This document shows, in pieces, positions 9,528 to 19,623 of a DNA stretch of 64,000 nt. Positions within the stretch are counted from its first letter, which is position 1. Every line of letters begins with the position of its first letter. The notes below the pieces were generated by a model that had not been told where the DNA came from, made no database searches, and saw nothing but the letters and a program-made list of their open reading frames with translations. The translations under genes and the position numbers were made by a program. The stretch is from a virus, in IMG/VR virus record IMGVR_UViG_3300009347_000008; one strand, given 5' to 3'.

Positions 9528-12479
9528 ATGTCAAATAACTTTTCTGATCTTCTATCAGAGGATACAGCGGTAGGCCACGCTTTAAGAAAGCTGGACTTAA
9601 TTAACACTAATCCTGCAAGTATCCAACAAACTTCTTTGGAATTGTTGCAACAATATCTGAACGGTGAAACTGATATTGTAGATGCCACCAATCCTTTTAT
9701 GAAGTTGGTTGAATCTAGTGCTGTGAATACTGCTGGTTTCATCATTGATAACGAGGTAACTACTAGAGCCCAGTATCCAAGCTGCGCTCAGACATTGGAA
9801 GATCTTTATCTTCATATGTCAGATAAAGACTACATCGATAGATTTGCCTCACCGGCTATTACAAAATTCACTATTGTAGTTCCAATGAAGCAAGTGCTGG
9901 CTTCAATGATTACTGATCCAGCGACCGGTATTAAGAAGATTGTTATACCCAGGAACAGTGAATTCATTATCGAAGACACTGTCTTCTCAATCCAGTATCC
10001 AATCGAGATTAAGCAGTTGATCCACGGCGGTATTCAGGTTGTCTACGATACCGACACTAAATCACCTTTGCAATCTTTGTCAACCAACGTTGTCGATTAC
10101 AAGATCACTAAGATCAAGAATTTAGACGATGATGTTTTGATCATGGATGTCGATGTTGTTCAATTCACCATCAAGTCTAAAACCACTGAAATTAATAGTG
10201 CTAAACTGATGCGTCAAACAATTGATTTCAATGATCAATTCTATTACGCAAGAGTTTATTACAAAAACAATGCATCCAACAGTAAGTGGAAAGAAATTAA
10301 AACCACTCATACCGATCAAGTATACGATATCGGTGAAGTTACTGCTGTTTTGAAAGTTATCAACAATAAACTTGAAGTTTATATTCCTCAGATCTATTTT
10401 ACCAATAACATGGTATCTGGTTCTGTCCGTGTTGATATCTATCAAACTAAAGGCGAGATCAGTATCAGTTTAGATAAGTTTAAACCATCTAGTTTCAAAG
10501 CAAGATGGATTGCTATCGATAAAGCTGATAATACTGCTGCTGTGGCTGCTTGGGTAAAGATTCCCGATGTCTTCATTTATTCTAATGAGACTGTTTATGG
10601 TGGTAAGAATCAATTGTCATTTGATCAATTGAGAAAACGTGTAATGACTAATGCAATCGGTGATAGAAATGTTCCTATCACAAACGCACAGATTACTGCA
10701 CACATTGAGAATCGTGGTTTCGATATTGTTAAGACTGTGGATTTGGTGACTAACCGTATCTTCCATGCCACTAGAGCTTTACCTAAACCTTTTGATGAGA
10801 AGTTAATCACGGCAGCATCCACATCGATGGAGTCCATTATTCTGTCTATGGATTCGATTAAGGATCATCCTGCTGTTTTTAATAACGGTGATCGCATAAC
10901 GCTGACACCCGATCTTCTCTATCAAAATAACAACGGCGTTATCAGTATTGTGCAAGCAAATGTAGTTGCTGATATTTTAAGTAAGACGCCTGATCTAATT
11001 GCTCCGTTAGTAAGTTCTGGTAATTACCTCTATACACCTTTCCATTATGTATTGGATGCCACTGCTGAAGACTTTGCAGTTAGACCATATTTCATGGACA
11101 GACCTGAGTTTAAGTTGGTAGAATTTGTCGATCAAAACGACACCACTATGCTTCAGGTTAATACAGACAAGTTCACCATTACTAAAACCGTATATGGTTA
11201 TCAAGTATTGATTGAGACTAAGTCTAACGAAGACTTTAGAAACTTACCAGATGACGCAGTTCATGTTCAGTTATCTTTTGTTCCTGAATATGAAGCTAGT
11301 AGAGTTTTCCTGAATGGTACTTTGCTACAAACGCTTCAATCTGGTGAACGTATATTTAAGTTCGATATCTATACCAGTTTTGATATCGATTCTTCAAATG
11401 TCCTATTCTTGAATTCTTTCAGATTGTTTGGTAATATCTCAACACGTTTCGGTTGTAAGTTATCTCAAGAGTTTGATATCATTTATAGCACTAGCACCAA
11501 CATGAGTGCTGGATGGTCTAAGCATGATATCGATAATTACTTAGGTGAGTTCTTATTACCTACCCGTATTGCGGCTATTACTCATGAGAAAGCCACTTTC
11601 ACTTTCGGTAAATACTTAGAATATCTCTGGACTAGTAACAGAAGTATTGCAAGTAGTGCCCCGTATGAGAAATGGGACGTAAATGTTCCAGCGGTTTATG
11701 GAGAAGACGTTTATAACATTGATCCTATTACTGGCAGCATTTTTAGTTTTGGTACTAATGGCGAATTAGTCTATGACATTAAGCATCGTAAGGGTGATCC
11801 TGTACTGGATGCAAATGGTAATCAGATCTACAAGTACAAAGTTGGTGACGCTAAGTTAGACACGAAGGGTGAATTGATTCCTATTGGACAGAAATATATT
11901 TCTAGGCAATTAGATATCATGTTCGTTGAGGGTCTCTACTATTTCAGCACTGACCCTTCTTCCACTCTTTATAGAGAATCGTTTATCAACACTGTTGTTA
12001 ACTGGATTACTTACGAGATTTCGGAGATGAACAAAGTCGGTCTTGAACAGACCAGAATCTACTTCTATCCTAAATCAAATCTGAGTAACATTCGTGTAAT
12101 GGTTGGTAGTGGCACTATTACACAGTTGGAAGCTAATCAAGCTTTCAACATTAAGTTAACAGTGAATAAACAAGTTTATGAGAACTCTGCACTTTGCATG
12201 TCTCTTACTAACTCCACTATCAGAACCATTGATGAACATCTCAAGAAAGAGACTATCTCAATGTCGGCTATTGTCTCTTCTCTTGAGCGAGTCTATGGCG
12301 ACGACGTGATTAGTTTATCTATATCCGGTTTAGGCGGCGATATGAATCTCGATGCCTTGACTGTGTTGTCAACTGGTGATCGTTGCTCTATCAGAAAGAG
12401 ATTAGCAAATATCGGTGATGGTAAGTTAATTGTGCAAGAAGATGTAAGTGTCGAGTTTGTAAAACACGACTTAGATTAA
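9528..12479 (+). CDS. Large hypothetical protein (983 aa), likely virion structural
   Basis: Long ORF; its start ATG follows the stop of the upstream gene by 2 nt. Confidence 0.7.
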   Translation: MSNNFSDLLSEDTAVGHALRKLDLINTNPASIQQTSLELLQQYLNGETDIVDATNPFMKLVESSAVNTAGFIIDNEVTTRAQYPSCAQTLEDLYLHMSDKDYIDRFASPAITKFTIVVPMKQVLASMITDPATGIKKIVIPRNSEFIIEDTVFSIQYPIEIKQLIHGGIQVVYDTDTKSPLQSLSTNVVDYKITKIKNLDDDVLIMDVDVVQFTIKSKTTEINSAKLMRQTIDFNDQFYYARVYYKNNASNSKWKEIKTTHTDQVYDIGEVTAVLKVINNKLEVYIPQIYFTNNMVSGSVRVDIYQTKGEISISLDKFKPSSFKARWIAIDKADNTAAVAAWVKIPDVFIYSNETVYGGKNQLSFDQLRKRVMTNAIGDRNVPITNAQITAHIENRGFDIVKTVDLVTNRIFHATRALPKPFDEKLITAASTSMESIILSMDSIKDHPAVFNNGDRITLTPDLLYQNNNGVISIVQANVVADILSKTPDLIAPLVSSGNYLYTPFHYVLDATAEDFAVRPYFMDRPEFKLVEFVDQNDTTMLQVNTDKFTITKTVYGYQVLIETKSNEDFRNLPDDAVHVQLSFVPEYEASRVFLNGTLLQTLQSGERIFKFDIYTSFDIDSSNVLFLNSFRLFGNISTRFGCKLSQEFDIIYSTSTNMSAGWSKHDIDNYLGEFLLPTRIAAITHEKATFTFGKYLEYLWTSNRSIASSAPYEKWDVNVPAVYGEDVYNIDPITGSIFSFGTNGELVYDIKHRKGDPVLDANGNQIYKYKVGDAKLDTKGELIPIGQKYISRQLDIMFVEGLYYFSTDPSSTLYRESFINTVVNWITYEISEMNKVGLEQTRIYFYPKSNLSNIRVMVGSGTITQLEANQAFNIKLTVNKQVYENSALCMSLTNSTIRTIDEHLKKETISMSAIVSSLERVYGDDVISLSISGLGGDMNLDALTVLSTGDRCSIRKRLANIGDGKLIVQEDVSVEFVKHDLD

Positions 12480-12502
12480 ACAAAAAAAAATAAAGAGCAT
12501 AT

Positions 12503-12526
12503 CAGAGAGTACCCGAAGGTACTCTC
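12503..12526. terminator. Terminator hairpin AGAGAGTACC-CGAA-GGTACTCTCT (identical copy at 59429-59452)
   Basis: Perfect palindrome with a CGAA loop, flanked by TAAAG/CTTTA. It sits between the convergent genes 9528..12479(+) and 12538..12771(-). Confidence 0.7.
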
Positions 12527-12537
12527 TTTATGCCGTC

Positions 12538-12771
12538 TTACAGGTCAAGAATGATTTCCATTTGATCAATGATATCATCGACCTTATCATGATTTGGAAG
12601 CCCCTTTTGCAGTTCTTCGTGTAGCTTATTGTACAGATTCAATTCATTCTTGTTGAGAGAGCCAGCTTTCACCAGGATGGCGACATAACGATTGATCTTG
12701 ATAACACGCAAAGAACGGATCTTAGCATTGATAGCCATACGTTCCTTGAGAAGTTCTTGCATACTGGTCAT
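12538..12771 (-). CDS. Small hypothetical protein (77 aa)
   Basis: ORF downstream of the promoter-like box at 12829-12856 (minus orientation). Confidence 0.45.
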   Translation of the reverse strand: MTSMQELLKERMAINAKIRSLRVIKINRYVAILVKAGSLNKNELNLYNKLHEELQKGLPNHDKVDDIIDQMEIILDL

Positions 12772-12828
12772 AACAGTTTTCCTTAAAAGTAGGATGATTA
12801 ATGAAACTATGATTATAGCTCAAAACTG

Positions 12829-12856
12829 TTATATATCGCTGAAATGTTTTTATTTG
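12829..12856 (-). promoter_or_regulatory. Conserved promoter-like box (plus-strand TTATATATCGCTGAAATGTTTTTATTTG; minus-orientation CAAATAAAAACATTTCAGCGATATATAA), copy 1
   Basis: The same motif recurs at 39158, 44298, 51985 and 59396, with a weaker copy at 63950. It always lies just downstream (in the minus direction) of a terminator hairpin and 30-110 nt upstream of the next minus-strand start codon. Confidence 0.5.
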
Positions 12857-12860
12857 CGTC

Positions 12861-12890
12861 ATAAAGGGAGACCCGAAGGTCTCCCAGTAT
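12861..12890. terminator. Terminator hairpin GGGAGACC-CGAA-GGTCTCCC
   Basis: Palindrome with a CGAA loop immediately after the stop of 12893..13558. Confidence 0.65.
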
Positions 12891-12892
12891 CT

Positions 12893-13558
12893 TTATCGTG
12901 GAATGAGGAATTCAGAACTATAGAGTTCAGTGATGAGTGCTCTTTTGTCTGGATCTTCATCCGTACCATCTTCAATAACCACATTGTTAGGTGAGAAGGG
13001 TAATTGACCAATACGTGCGATCAGTTTAATCTGTTCGACAGTAAGGTCATTGGCATCAAGGATATCTTTGAGTTTGTCAACTTCCAAATCAATCTTACAC
13101 CATTCGGAAACCTTACCTTTCGGATTCCTAAAGACATCAACTTCGAAGTTCATATCCTTAGCTTTAATCTCGAATTCAAGATCCCCCTTCTTGCCACGGA
13201 TAGTCTCCGCTTTGAACACATAACGAGTCTTGCTCATGAAAGTATCACAAACAGCCATAAAGAGGTTATAAACCTTTTCACTGATACGTTCTGTGGTTTC
13301 AATACTAGCTTGAACACCCTGAGTTTTCTGTTTTTCTTTGCTAGTCATCTCATAGACAGGTTCTTTACCTTCTACTGTGATTTTGCGAATTCGGACAGAA
13401 CCTTTGGCAGACTTAATCTGCGCTTGCTCATGTTGTTCAATATGGACTGCTTGCGCTAATCCATCAGGATTAGTAATCTTGGCATAGATCACTACTTCGG
13501 TTTCTTGGCTTGTATTTTTGTTATCGCCATCTTCCATGGCAATCTTAATAATACCCAT
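12893..13558 (-). CDS. Hypothetical protein (~221 aa). Start moved to the internal Met (MGIIKIAMEDG...), which is preceded by AAGGAG.
   Basis: Strong Shine-Dalgarno sequence 7 nt upstream of ATG 13558. Confidence 0.55.
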   Translation of the reverse strand: MGIIKIAMEDGDNKNTSQETEVVIYAKITNPDGLAQAVHIEQHEQAQIKSAKGSVRIRKITVEGKEPVYEMTSKEKQKTQGVQASIETTERISEKVYNLFMAVCDTFMSKTRYVFKAETIRGKKGDLEFEIKAKDMNFEVDVFRNPKGKVSEWCKIDLEVDKLKDILDANDLTVEQIKLIARIGQLPFSPNNVVIEDGTDEDPDKRALITELYSSEFLIPR

Positions 13559-13568
13559 AATTGACTCC

Positions 13569-14099
13569 TTAACTTGATAGAAGCATTCTGACAATCTCAG
13601 AGAAGAAAGTCACAATGGCAGACAGGATACCTGACTCTGACATAGTGCCGCTAGTCAAGCTAGTGTAGATGATAGTTACAACAATTGCAATCAAGCTAAT
13701 TAAGAGAAGTGAAGAAACAAAGATGAGTAAATATTTTACCCATTCATGCATTCTAGCTCTGTTAATCATTCTTGTCTTGCGTTCATTGAGCTTTTGTTCA
13801 ACAGACTCAGATCTTAACTGTTGTCTGTAGTAAGCTCGCAGAGCTTTCGTTTTATCTTCCTCAGATAGATTAGCGATTGTTGCTGTAATTACATTTTCAA
13901 GAGCTTCATCATCTGCTACGAAAACATCGTTACCACCATCCAGATCATTGAAATCAGTAGGGAAAGGAAATCCACCAGGATCTCTTCCACCCATACCTCC
14001 ACCAGGACCCGGAAACCTACCCATGTTAGGCATTCTCCTAGTAGGTGTGCTCAGGTTATGAACTGAGTCTTTGTCGAAGTCGCCTAAACCTATTCCCAT
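13569..14099 (-). CDS. Membrane protein (176 aa): Gly/Pro-rich N-terminal region and a C-terminal transmembrane segment; possible lysis-associated (holin-like) protein
   Basis: Hydrophobic stretch YLLIFVSSLLLISLIAIVVTIIY; immediately downstream of the spanin pair. Confidence 0.4.
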   Translation of the reverse strand: MGIGLGDFDKDSVHNLSTPTRRMPNMGRFPGPGGGMGGRDPGGFPFPTDFNDLDGGNDVFVADDEALENVITATIANLSEEDKTKALRAYYRQQLRSESVEQKLNERKTRMINRARMHEWVKYLLIFVSSLLLISLIAIVVTIIYTSLTSGTMSESGILSAIVTFFSEIVRMLLSS

Positions 14100-14446
14100 T
14101 ATTTAGACTCCTTCTTCGCTTTATCTCTTTCCTCACCAGCCTTCACTTTTTCATTCATGATGTTTGTGATAGCTTTTTTATCGGCAACACACATTCTCAA
14201 TTCCGAAATCAATGATTGACTATATCGAATCATGAGATCTTCTTTCACTTCGTGAGAAGCGTTTATGTATACACTCTTCTTAGGAGGGCTAGGAATTGTA
14301 TTTAACTTCAATAAGTGAGTAGGGACGGTCACGTAAACAGTTTCTATTTTGTAAACAGGAACTTCCTTGATCTCAGTCTTAACAATCGTACCACAACCTG
14401 TAATGAAGAGTGCGACCAATAGAACGATAAACTTCTTTAGCATCAC
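14099..14446 (-). CDS. o-spanin-like outer-membrane lipoprotein (115 aa)
   Basis: Signal peptide with a lipobox (LFITGC), a Pro-rich segment (IPSPPKK), and a 4-nt overlap with the upstream i-spanin-like gene. Confidence 0.55.
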   Translation of the reverse strand: MMLKKFIVLLVALFITGCGTIVKTEIKEVPVYKIETVYVTVPTHLLKLNTIPSPPKKSVYINASHEVKEDLMIRYSQSLISELRMCVADKKAITNIMNEKVKAGEERDKAKKESK

Positions 14447-14943
14447 TTAGCTCCTTTGCACTCTGGGTCATCATTCGCACCAGCACAGTATGTGTCCCAT
14501 AAAGAGTTAATCCGTGCTGTAGCAATCTCCTTGGCTTTTTGCTTAGTTAAAGTATCCTTCATTTTTTCATCAGACATCGTTGGAACATCTTTATAATGAT
14601 CATTGATTTTATTGATTTTTTCTGAAAGATTTTCCCTAGCTTTATCGGTATCTTTTCTGATACCTTCTTTCTCATCTATATTGACTACAATTTCTTTATC
14701 ATCAATACGTGAGTTATCAACAATGGTATCGTTCTTATCTTTTAAACTCTTGTTCTCATCTTTAAGAACACTGATGACAACAGACTTGCCATCTTCAACT
14801 TTCTTCTCGGCATTCAGATAATGATCACGAATGAGTTTGTTACCACCAACGATGACGAATAAAATAGCTAGGGCAATAAGGATATACTTAAAGTTATCCT
14901 TTAATAGACCTAGTATTAGTTTTATAAACGCTCTAAAAACCAT
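14443..14943 (-). CDS. i-spanin-like protein (166 aa): N-terminal TM segment plus a charged coiled-coil periplasmic domain
   Basis: TM segment YILIALAILFVIVGG followed by a K/E/D-rich helix; adjacent to the lipoprotein gene. Confidence 0.5.
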   Translation of the reverse strand: MVFRAFIKLILGLLKDNFKYILIALAILFVIVGGNKLIRDHYLNAEKKVEDGKSVVISVLKDENKSLKDKNDTIVDNSRIDDKEIVVNIDEKEGIRKDTDKARENLSEKINKINDHYKDVPTMSDEKMKDTLTKQKAKEIATARINSLWDTYCAGANDDPECKGAK

Positions 14944-14944
14944 A

Positions 14945-15517
14945 TTAACCTCTCAATCTTAGTAACTCGCAATAACCTACGGCAGTTGCATCAATAGAGT
15001 GTTCATCAAGGTTATTGAAGTTGACCATCTCTAATTCCTTGATTAGTTTAATGGCTTTCTTGACAGCATCCTTATCTCCTCGTGCCTGTGCTCCTACAGC
15101 TTTCTTCACAGAAGGCGGATCGATCATGTAAAGAGGTTTGTAGTCATCCCAAAGATGTAAAGTTCTTTGCAATGTAAATACCGTCTCTACTAAAGGAGCA
15201 TAAGCATTAGGTCTAAACCTATTGAAGAAAGGGGCTTCTGATGCAACTACTGTGGGGTTATATACGGTCAGTACTTGTGAAAACTTTTCGCTAATTAATC
15301 TAAGTCTACTATATTTAGCTGAATGCATTTGTACTTCAAAGGAATCTTCATCTAAGAATCTCGATACCTTTTCTGTCCACGGAGTAACTGATACTATTTT
15401 GAGATCGTCTATATTAACTGTGATGATAGAAAATCCGATAGTATCAGTACCGGGATCAATACCTAGTATATTGAAAGTTTGTTTTTCGAATATACTACTA
15501 TCGGACACTATCTGCAT
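14945..15517 (-). CDS. ruvC: RuvC-like Holliday junction resolvase (190 aa)
   Basis: N-terminal ILGIDPGTDTIGFSI motif (the RuvC catalytic Asp region) and a C-terminal DEHSIDATAVGYC motif. Confidence 0.75.
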   Translation of the reverse strand: MQIVSDSSIFEKQTFNILGIDPGTDTIGFSIITVNIDDLKIVSVTPWTEKVSRFLDEDSFEVQMHSAKYSRLRLISEKFSQVLTVYNPTVVASEAPFFNRFRPNAYAPLVETVFTLQRTLHLWDDYKPLYMIDPPSVKKAVGAQARGDKDAVKKAIKLIKELEMVNFNNLDEHSIDATAVGYCELLRLRG

Positions 15518-16362
15518 TATTGAGTGAGTTTGAACAGGGGCTCGATAGCACCGACTTCTAAGTCGATATCGAAACCACCACGTTGACTCTTAACAGGTTG
15601 CAGTGCACTGATATGGTGAGTGGTCTGGGCAGCAATAACTTCATTGAAGCTAAAAGAATTACCAGAACCATTAGGTACTGTCACTGAACGATTCACACCA
15701 GAGACCAAACCGATTTCAGAGATGAAAGCATAATCTTCACTGTTGTGGAGAATCATAGCTGCATTCAAAATCTCTTCTGCATCGAAGGCATCTAGAGTAA
15801 TCTTCAGTTTAACGCTAGCGGCAAGATACTCGCCTTTAACAGTATTTACTGCTGTAGGACTCAAGTCTTGCGGAACAGGGTTAAGGTTATCACTGGTAGG
15901 TTCGAACAAAGTAATGGTGGTGTTACCATTTTCCACATGTCGTCTCTCAGGAACCACCGTCAGGGACTGTTTACTAAAACGACGTGCATAGTAAGCAAAA
16001 TATTGCTCACCACCAACCGTTACAGTTGTACGAAGGGCAAAGCGTGCCTGTTGTGCTGTGGTAATATCGTTATTGATAGGGCGCAGGACAAAAGGGAATA
16101 GCTTGAAAGGGGCAGCATCGTCTGATTTATGAATCTTGTTCGAAATCAGAGGAATGTCATCCTGACCAGGTACACTCATGTGACCACCGATACCGATAGT
16201 CATATACCCCACTGATGGCATCTCATTAGCACCAAGTGCAGCAGTAGGCTGAATATTCAATTTCTCATTTAGTGTAGAGAATTTCTGAATCAATGCGGGG
16301 ATACCAAAAAACTGTGCAGCTTGTAAGGTGGCCCCGTAGATAGTTCTGCGGTAAACTTCCAT
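15517..16362 (-). CDS. Hypothetical protein (281 aa)
   Basis: ORF with translational coupling. Confidence 0.6.
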   Translation of the reverse strand: MEVYRRTIYGATLQAAQFFGIPALIQKFSTLNEKLNIQPTAALGANEMPSVGYMTIGIGGHMSVPGQDDIPLISNKIHKSDDAAPFKLFPFVLRPINNDITTAQQARFALRTTVTVGGEQYFAYYARRFSKQSLTVVPERRHVENGNTTITLFEPTSDNLNPVPQDLSPTAVNTVKGEYLAASVKLKITLDAFDAEEILNAAMILHNSEDYAFISEIGLVSGVNRSVTVPNGSGNSFSFNEVIAAQTTHHISALQPVKSQRGGFDIDLEVGAIEPLFKLTQ

Positions 16363-16385
16363 TTTTTAAATCCGTATTGAGAGTT

Positions 16386-16416
16386 TCAAATTAGCTAGGG
16401 GAACTAACCCCTAGCT
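16386..16416. terminator. Hairpin TAGCTAGGGG-aactaa-CCCCTAGCT
   Basis: Perfect 10-bp stem just downstream of the stop of 16435..19599 (minus strand). Confidence 0.55.
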
Positions 16417-16434
16417 CACAAAAGATTTCCTTAT

Positions 16435-19400
16435 TTATAGTCGCCAGTTAGTTATATCTAGGTCAGAGTTGATGTATCTAAAGATCATCTTAGGTATTGT
16501 TCTATGAGAGATGCCATTTTTGTTAGCAAGAGTCTTCTCTAAGAATTGAGTACCGAATGTCTGAGAAACATTATATTCGAATCTAGTTAATCTAACGTTC
16601 GCTAATTCCACATGCCCGATACCAAGCTTAGTTGCAAAGGTTCCATTACCATATCTAAACACCATTGGGTTCATGGTAAATGTACCAGAGTTCATCGTGG
16701 TGGTCTGAGATACTTCATAATCCATCACGAGATAAGTGTAACCACCTAATGGATTATAAGGTGATGGGATTCTAGGCACTGTGAATTGAATGTAAGTAGA
16801 CTTAATATCAAGTTCACGATCACCACCAGGCGACACCAGCGTTCCGGCATCCAAATCATGGGCGACCATCTTCATAGCCTTTAAGGAACCTTCTAAGGAT
16901 CTGTACTGAATGCTAAACTCTGCGTGAGCATAGTTATACCAGTGCATTGCAACATCGAAGTTTAAATATTGAGGTTCGAACACAATACTTCCATCTTCAT
17001 AGACAGTTGTGATTGGTTTCAGTTCAACATCGATATCGCCAGTCTTCTTGATACTGTACAGAGGACCTAACAGAATACCGCCTGTGTATTCTTCGCCCTT
17101 CCAGTTGGTCTCTTCTGGAATCTGTGACATATACTTAAATGACTCTGCTTTATAGTAGCCTTTAAACACCTGATGATTGATAACGAATGTATCTTCGATG
17201 TTATTGTAGAAACCATCCAAGATAACCTTGATATCATCATTATAGAAAGCTTCGTAAGTCTTACTAACATAGAAGTTAACATACGAGTCCATAATGTTCA
17301 GTCTAGGTTTAACGTTGTCGACACCAATCTTCAGAGACTTAGCAATAGTTTCAACGTCCACATTCGGAATGTAATCGTCTGGAGTAGGATAATTTGTATA
17401 GATATCCTTAACCTTCTTCTTCTCCTCTGGTGACAAGTCGTAATAGGGCTTGAACAGAGGTATCTCAAAGAGATTAGATCCGGCACAATAAGGTCCAATG
17501 TGTTGATTGAGTTTAAACATTCCCAGATCAACAATCTTCTTATTACTGATCTTAACATCACCCATGATGTTTACTGGAATGTCAATGAATTCTACTTCTA
17601 AATCTGATCTGAGTGTGAAGTTCTGTAGAATATCTGGTAACTCAATCTCGAACTTAGGATAGTTCTTGATAACGAGTTTAAAAACACGCATTAGAGCTAG
17701 TTGTACTTCGTACATAGCTCTACCAGTATATTTAACATCCCCCAACCTAATGGCAGCCCAGTTAAGAACTTTAATACTAGATTTATTGATGCTCTGGACA
17801 AACTGAATAGAATAACTAGATAGCTGTCTGAGCAACGACACCATTGCCTTTTGTAGATCACTAGTTACACTGGTAGCATTCATATCTAAACCAGTAGCTT
17901 CTTTATAAATCTCAGTATAGAGTCTAATCCAATCATTGGTTCCTAAACCTTCGATGTCGATATTGTTAAACCTTAATATGGAATCGAAATCTTTACCAGT
18001 GAACTCATTCTCAATTACTGCTACCTGATACAAACGACTTACAGCATTGTGCACTAGACCTCTAGTGTACATGTGTTCATGATTCGAGGTGAAATACGTT
18101 TGTTTGATAGCTGCTTCATGGTGGGCTAAAACCCAATCAGTGAAAGCAGGAGTCGAGATAATTGTTTCGTGAGGCTTATGTAAGTCTAAGATAAAATCAA
18201 TGTACTCAATTGGTACATAGTTCTTGTCAACAATAGAATAGATCTCATCTCGTGTTGGGACAGGATCTATAGGTACTCTAGTTGCAACAAGAGGCGGTAT
18301 GGTTTTTACATTAAGACCGTGCGCTTTACAATAAGCATAAAGAAACAGAATCAATCCTACTTTAACATCGACCGTCGTGGTGGCACCGGAGACAGGATTA
18401 GTTACAGGAATGTAGGACGTATATTTATTCTTCTGTGATAAATAGATCCAATTATTCAAGGCAATATCTGCCTGAGTAATAGCCATAGAATCGCTGTAAT
18501 CAAACATAGCCGACTCTAGGACTTTGGTCTTGTATCTATTAATGATACTTCTCTGAAACTTATTCTCTATATCTTTTTCATGTATGGCTCTATACTCGCT
18601 ATTTCCAACAGCTTCGGGTTCTTCCTTAGAGAGAATGTAAGCTAGGTTGTAAATACCAGCATCATGTTCAAAGATACGCGCTTCTTCATTGAGTAAGCGT
18701 TTCCTGAACATTGCCTTAGGAGTATTAGCTTCTGGCATCGAAGCGATATCATGATGCATATTGAATTCGGATATCGGGAGATTTCTATCCGTCATCACCT
18801 TTTCAATCAACCACTCGAATGTCTCACGTTTACCAGAATTACGTTCAATATAGTTAATGTTTCTATAGAAGAACAAAGCCTGCTTACGAGTCATATTGGA
18901 TAGATAGACATCCAACATACCGTGAGATTCTAAATACTCTCTTACATGAAAGCTGTGTGCTTCTGGTGTCTTACAGGACCTCAATCTCAAAGAGATGATA
19001 AGGGGTGGTAATTGTAAGAACATAACAGCTAAGAATGCTGAGATGTAATTAGTATCTGTCAAGTTAAATTGACGATTATACCAACGTTCCTTAAAGCCAT
19101 AAAGCCACTTATTGATATTATCTACTAAAGATACTTCGTTATCTTCTATTAGATTAGTAGGATAACCAATAACGGTGAAATCCTCAGCGTTAATGGCCTG
19201 CTCAATATTGACAGGATAAAGGGCACCTAGGATGAATTGTTCGTATTCTGGATACTGGCTCAGTAATTCTCTATAGTATCGAGTACCATATTCGTAAGCT
19301 TTAGCTGTTGCTCTATGTATAGCTAGACTATCTCTACTAAACTCAATAGTCTGTAGAGTATCCAATGATGTGACATAGATTTTTTTGTCAGTGCTATGGT

Positions 19401-19599
19401 ACTGGCCAGATAAGTTAAGATAGTATTTCCATGTACGTTTATCATCGATATCAAATACGTTGCCGTAGGTAGCCTTTAATCTCTCATTAATTGAGTCTGC
19501 TACTGCTTCTACTTTGATAACCATAGTTTTGGATAGATCCAGAACTTGATTAACGTAGAGTTTGTAATAATTGAGACTCATCAAAAATCTCCATTTCAA
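16435..19599 (-). CDS. Very large hypothetical protein (1054 aa), likely a virion component
   Basis: Uninterrupted 3.1-kb ORF with no polymerase or ATPase motifs detected. Confidence 0.7.
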   Translation of the reverse strand: MKWRFLMSLNYYKLYVNQVLDLSKTMVIKVEAVADSINERLKATYGNVFDIDDKRTWKYYLNLSGQYHSTDKKIYVTSLDTLQTIEFSRDSLAIHRATAKAYEYGTRYYRELLSQYPEYEQFILGALYPVNIEQAINAEDFTVIGYPTNLIEDNEVSLVDNINKWLYGFKERWYNRQFNLTDTNYISAFLAVMFLQLPPLIISLRLRSCKTPEAHSFHVREYLESHGMLDVYLSNMTRKQALFFYRNINYIERNSGKRETFEWLIEKVMTDRNLPISEFNMHHDIASMPEANTPKAMFRKRLLNEEARIFEHDAGIYNLAYILSKEEPEAVGNSEYRAIHEKDIENKFQRSIINRYKTKVLESAMFDYSDSMAITQADIALNNWIYLSQKNKYTSYIPVTNPVSGATTTVDVKVGLILFLYAYCKAHGLNVKTIPPLVATRVPIDPVPTRDEIYSIVDKNYVPIEYIDFILDLHKPHETIISTPAFTDWVLAHHEAAIKQTYFTSNHEHMYTRGLVHNAVSRLYQVAVIENEFTGKDFDSILRFNNIDIEGLGTNDWIRLYTEIYKEATGLDMNATSVTSDLQKAMVSLLRQLSSYSIQFVQSINKSSIKVLNWAAIRLGDVKYTGRAMYEVQLALMRVFKLVIKNYPKFEIELPDILQNFTLRSDLEVEFIDIPVNIMGDVKISNKKIVDLGMFKLNQHIGPYCAGSNLFEIPLFKPYYDLSPEEKKKVKDIYTNYPTPDDYIPNVDVETIAKSLKIGVDNVKPRLNIMDSYVNFYVSKTYEAFYNDDIKVILDGFYNNIEDTFVINHQVFKGYYKAESFKYMSQIPEETNWKGEEYTGGILLGPLYSIKKTGDIDVELKPITTVYEDGSIVFEPQYLNFDVAMHWYNYAHAEFSIQYRSLEGSLKAMKMVAHDLDAGTLVSPGGDRELDIKSTYIQFTVPRIPSPYNPLGGYTYLVMDYEVSQTTTMNSGTFTMNPMVFRYGNGTFATKLGIGHVELANVRLTRFEYNVSQTFGTQFLEKTLANKNGISHRTIPKMIFRYINSDLDITNWRL

Positions 19600-19623
19600 A
19601 AACGTTTACGAAAAAGGTCTGCA

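Noticed and set aside
12829-12856. Reading the conserved box as a canonical sigma-70 promoter
   Set aside because: I could not obtain a consistent TTGACA-like -35 at 16-18-bp spacing from the TATA-like element in any copy. I kept it as a phage-specific promoter-like box instead.
16435-19599. The 1054-aa protein as a virion RNA polymerase or large terminase
   Set aside because: No NADFDGD/β'-type, GDD, or Walker A/B motifs found; left as an unknown large protein.
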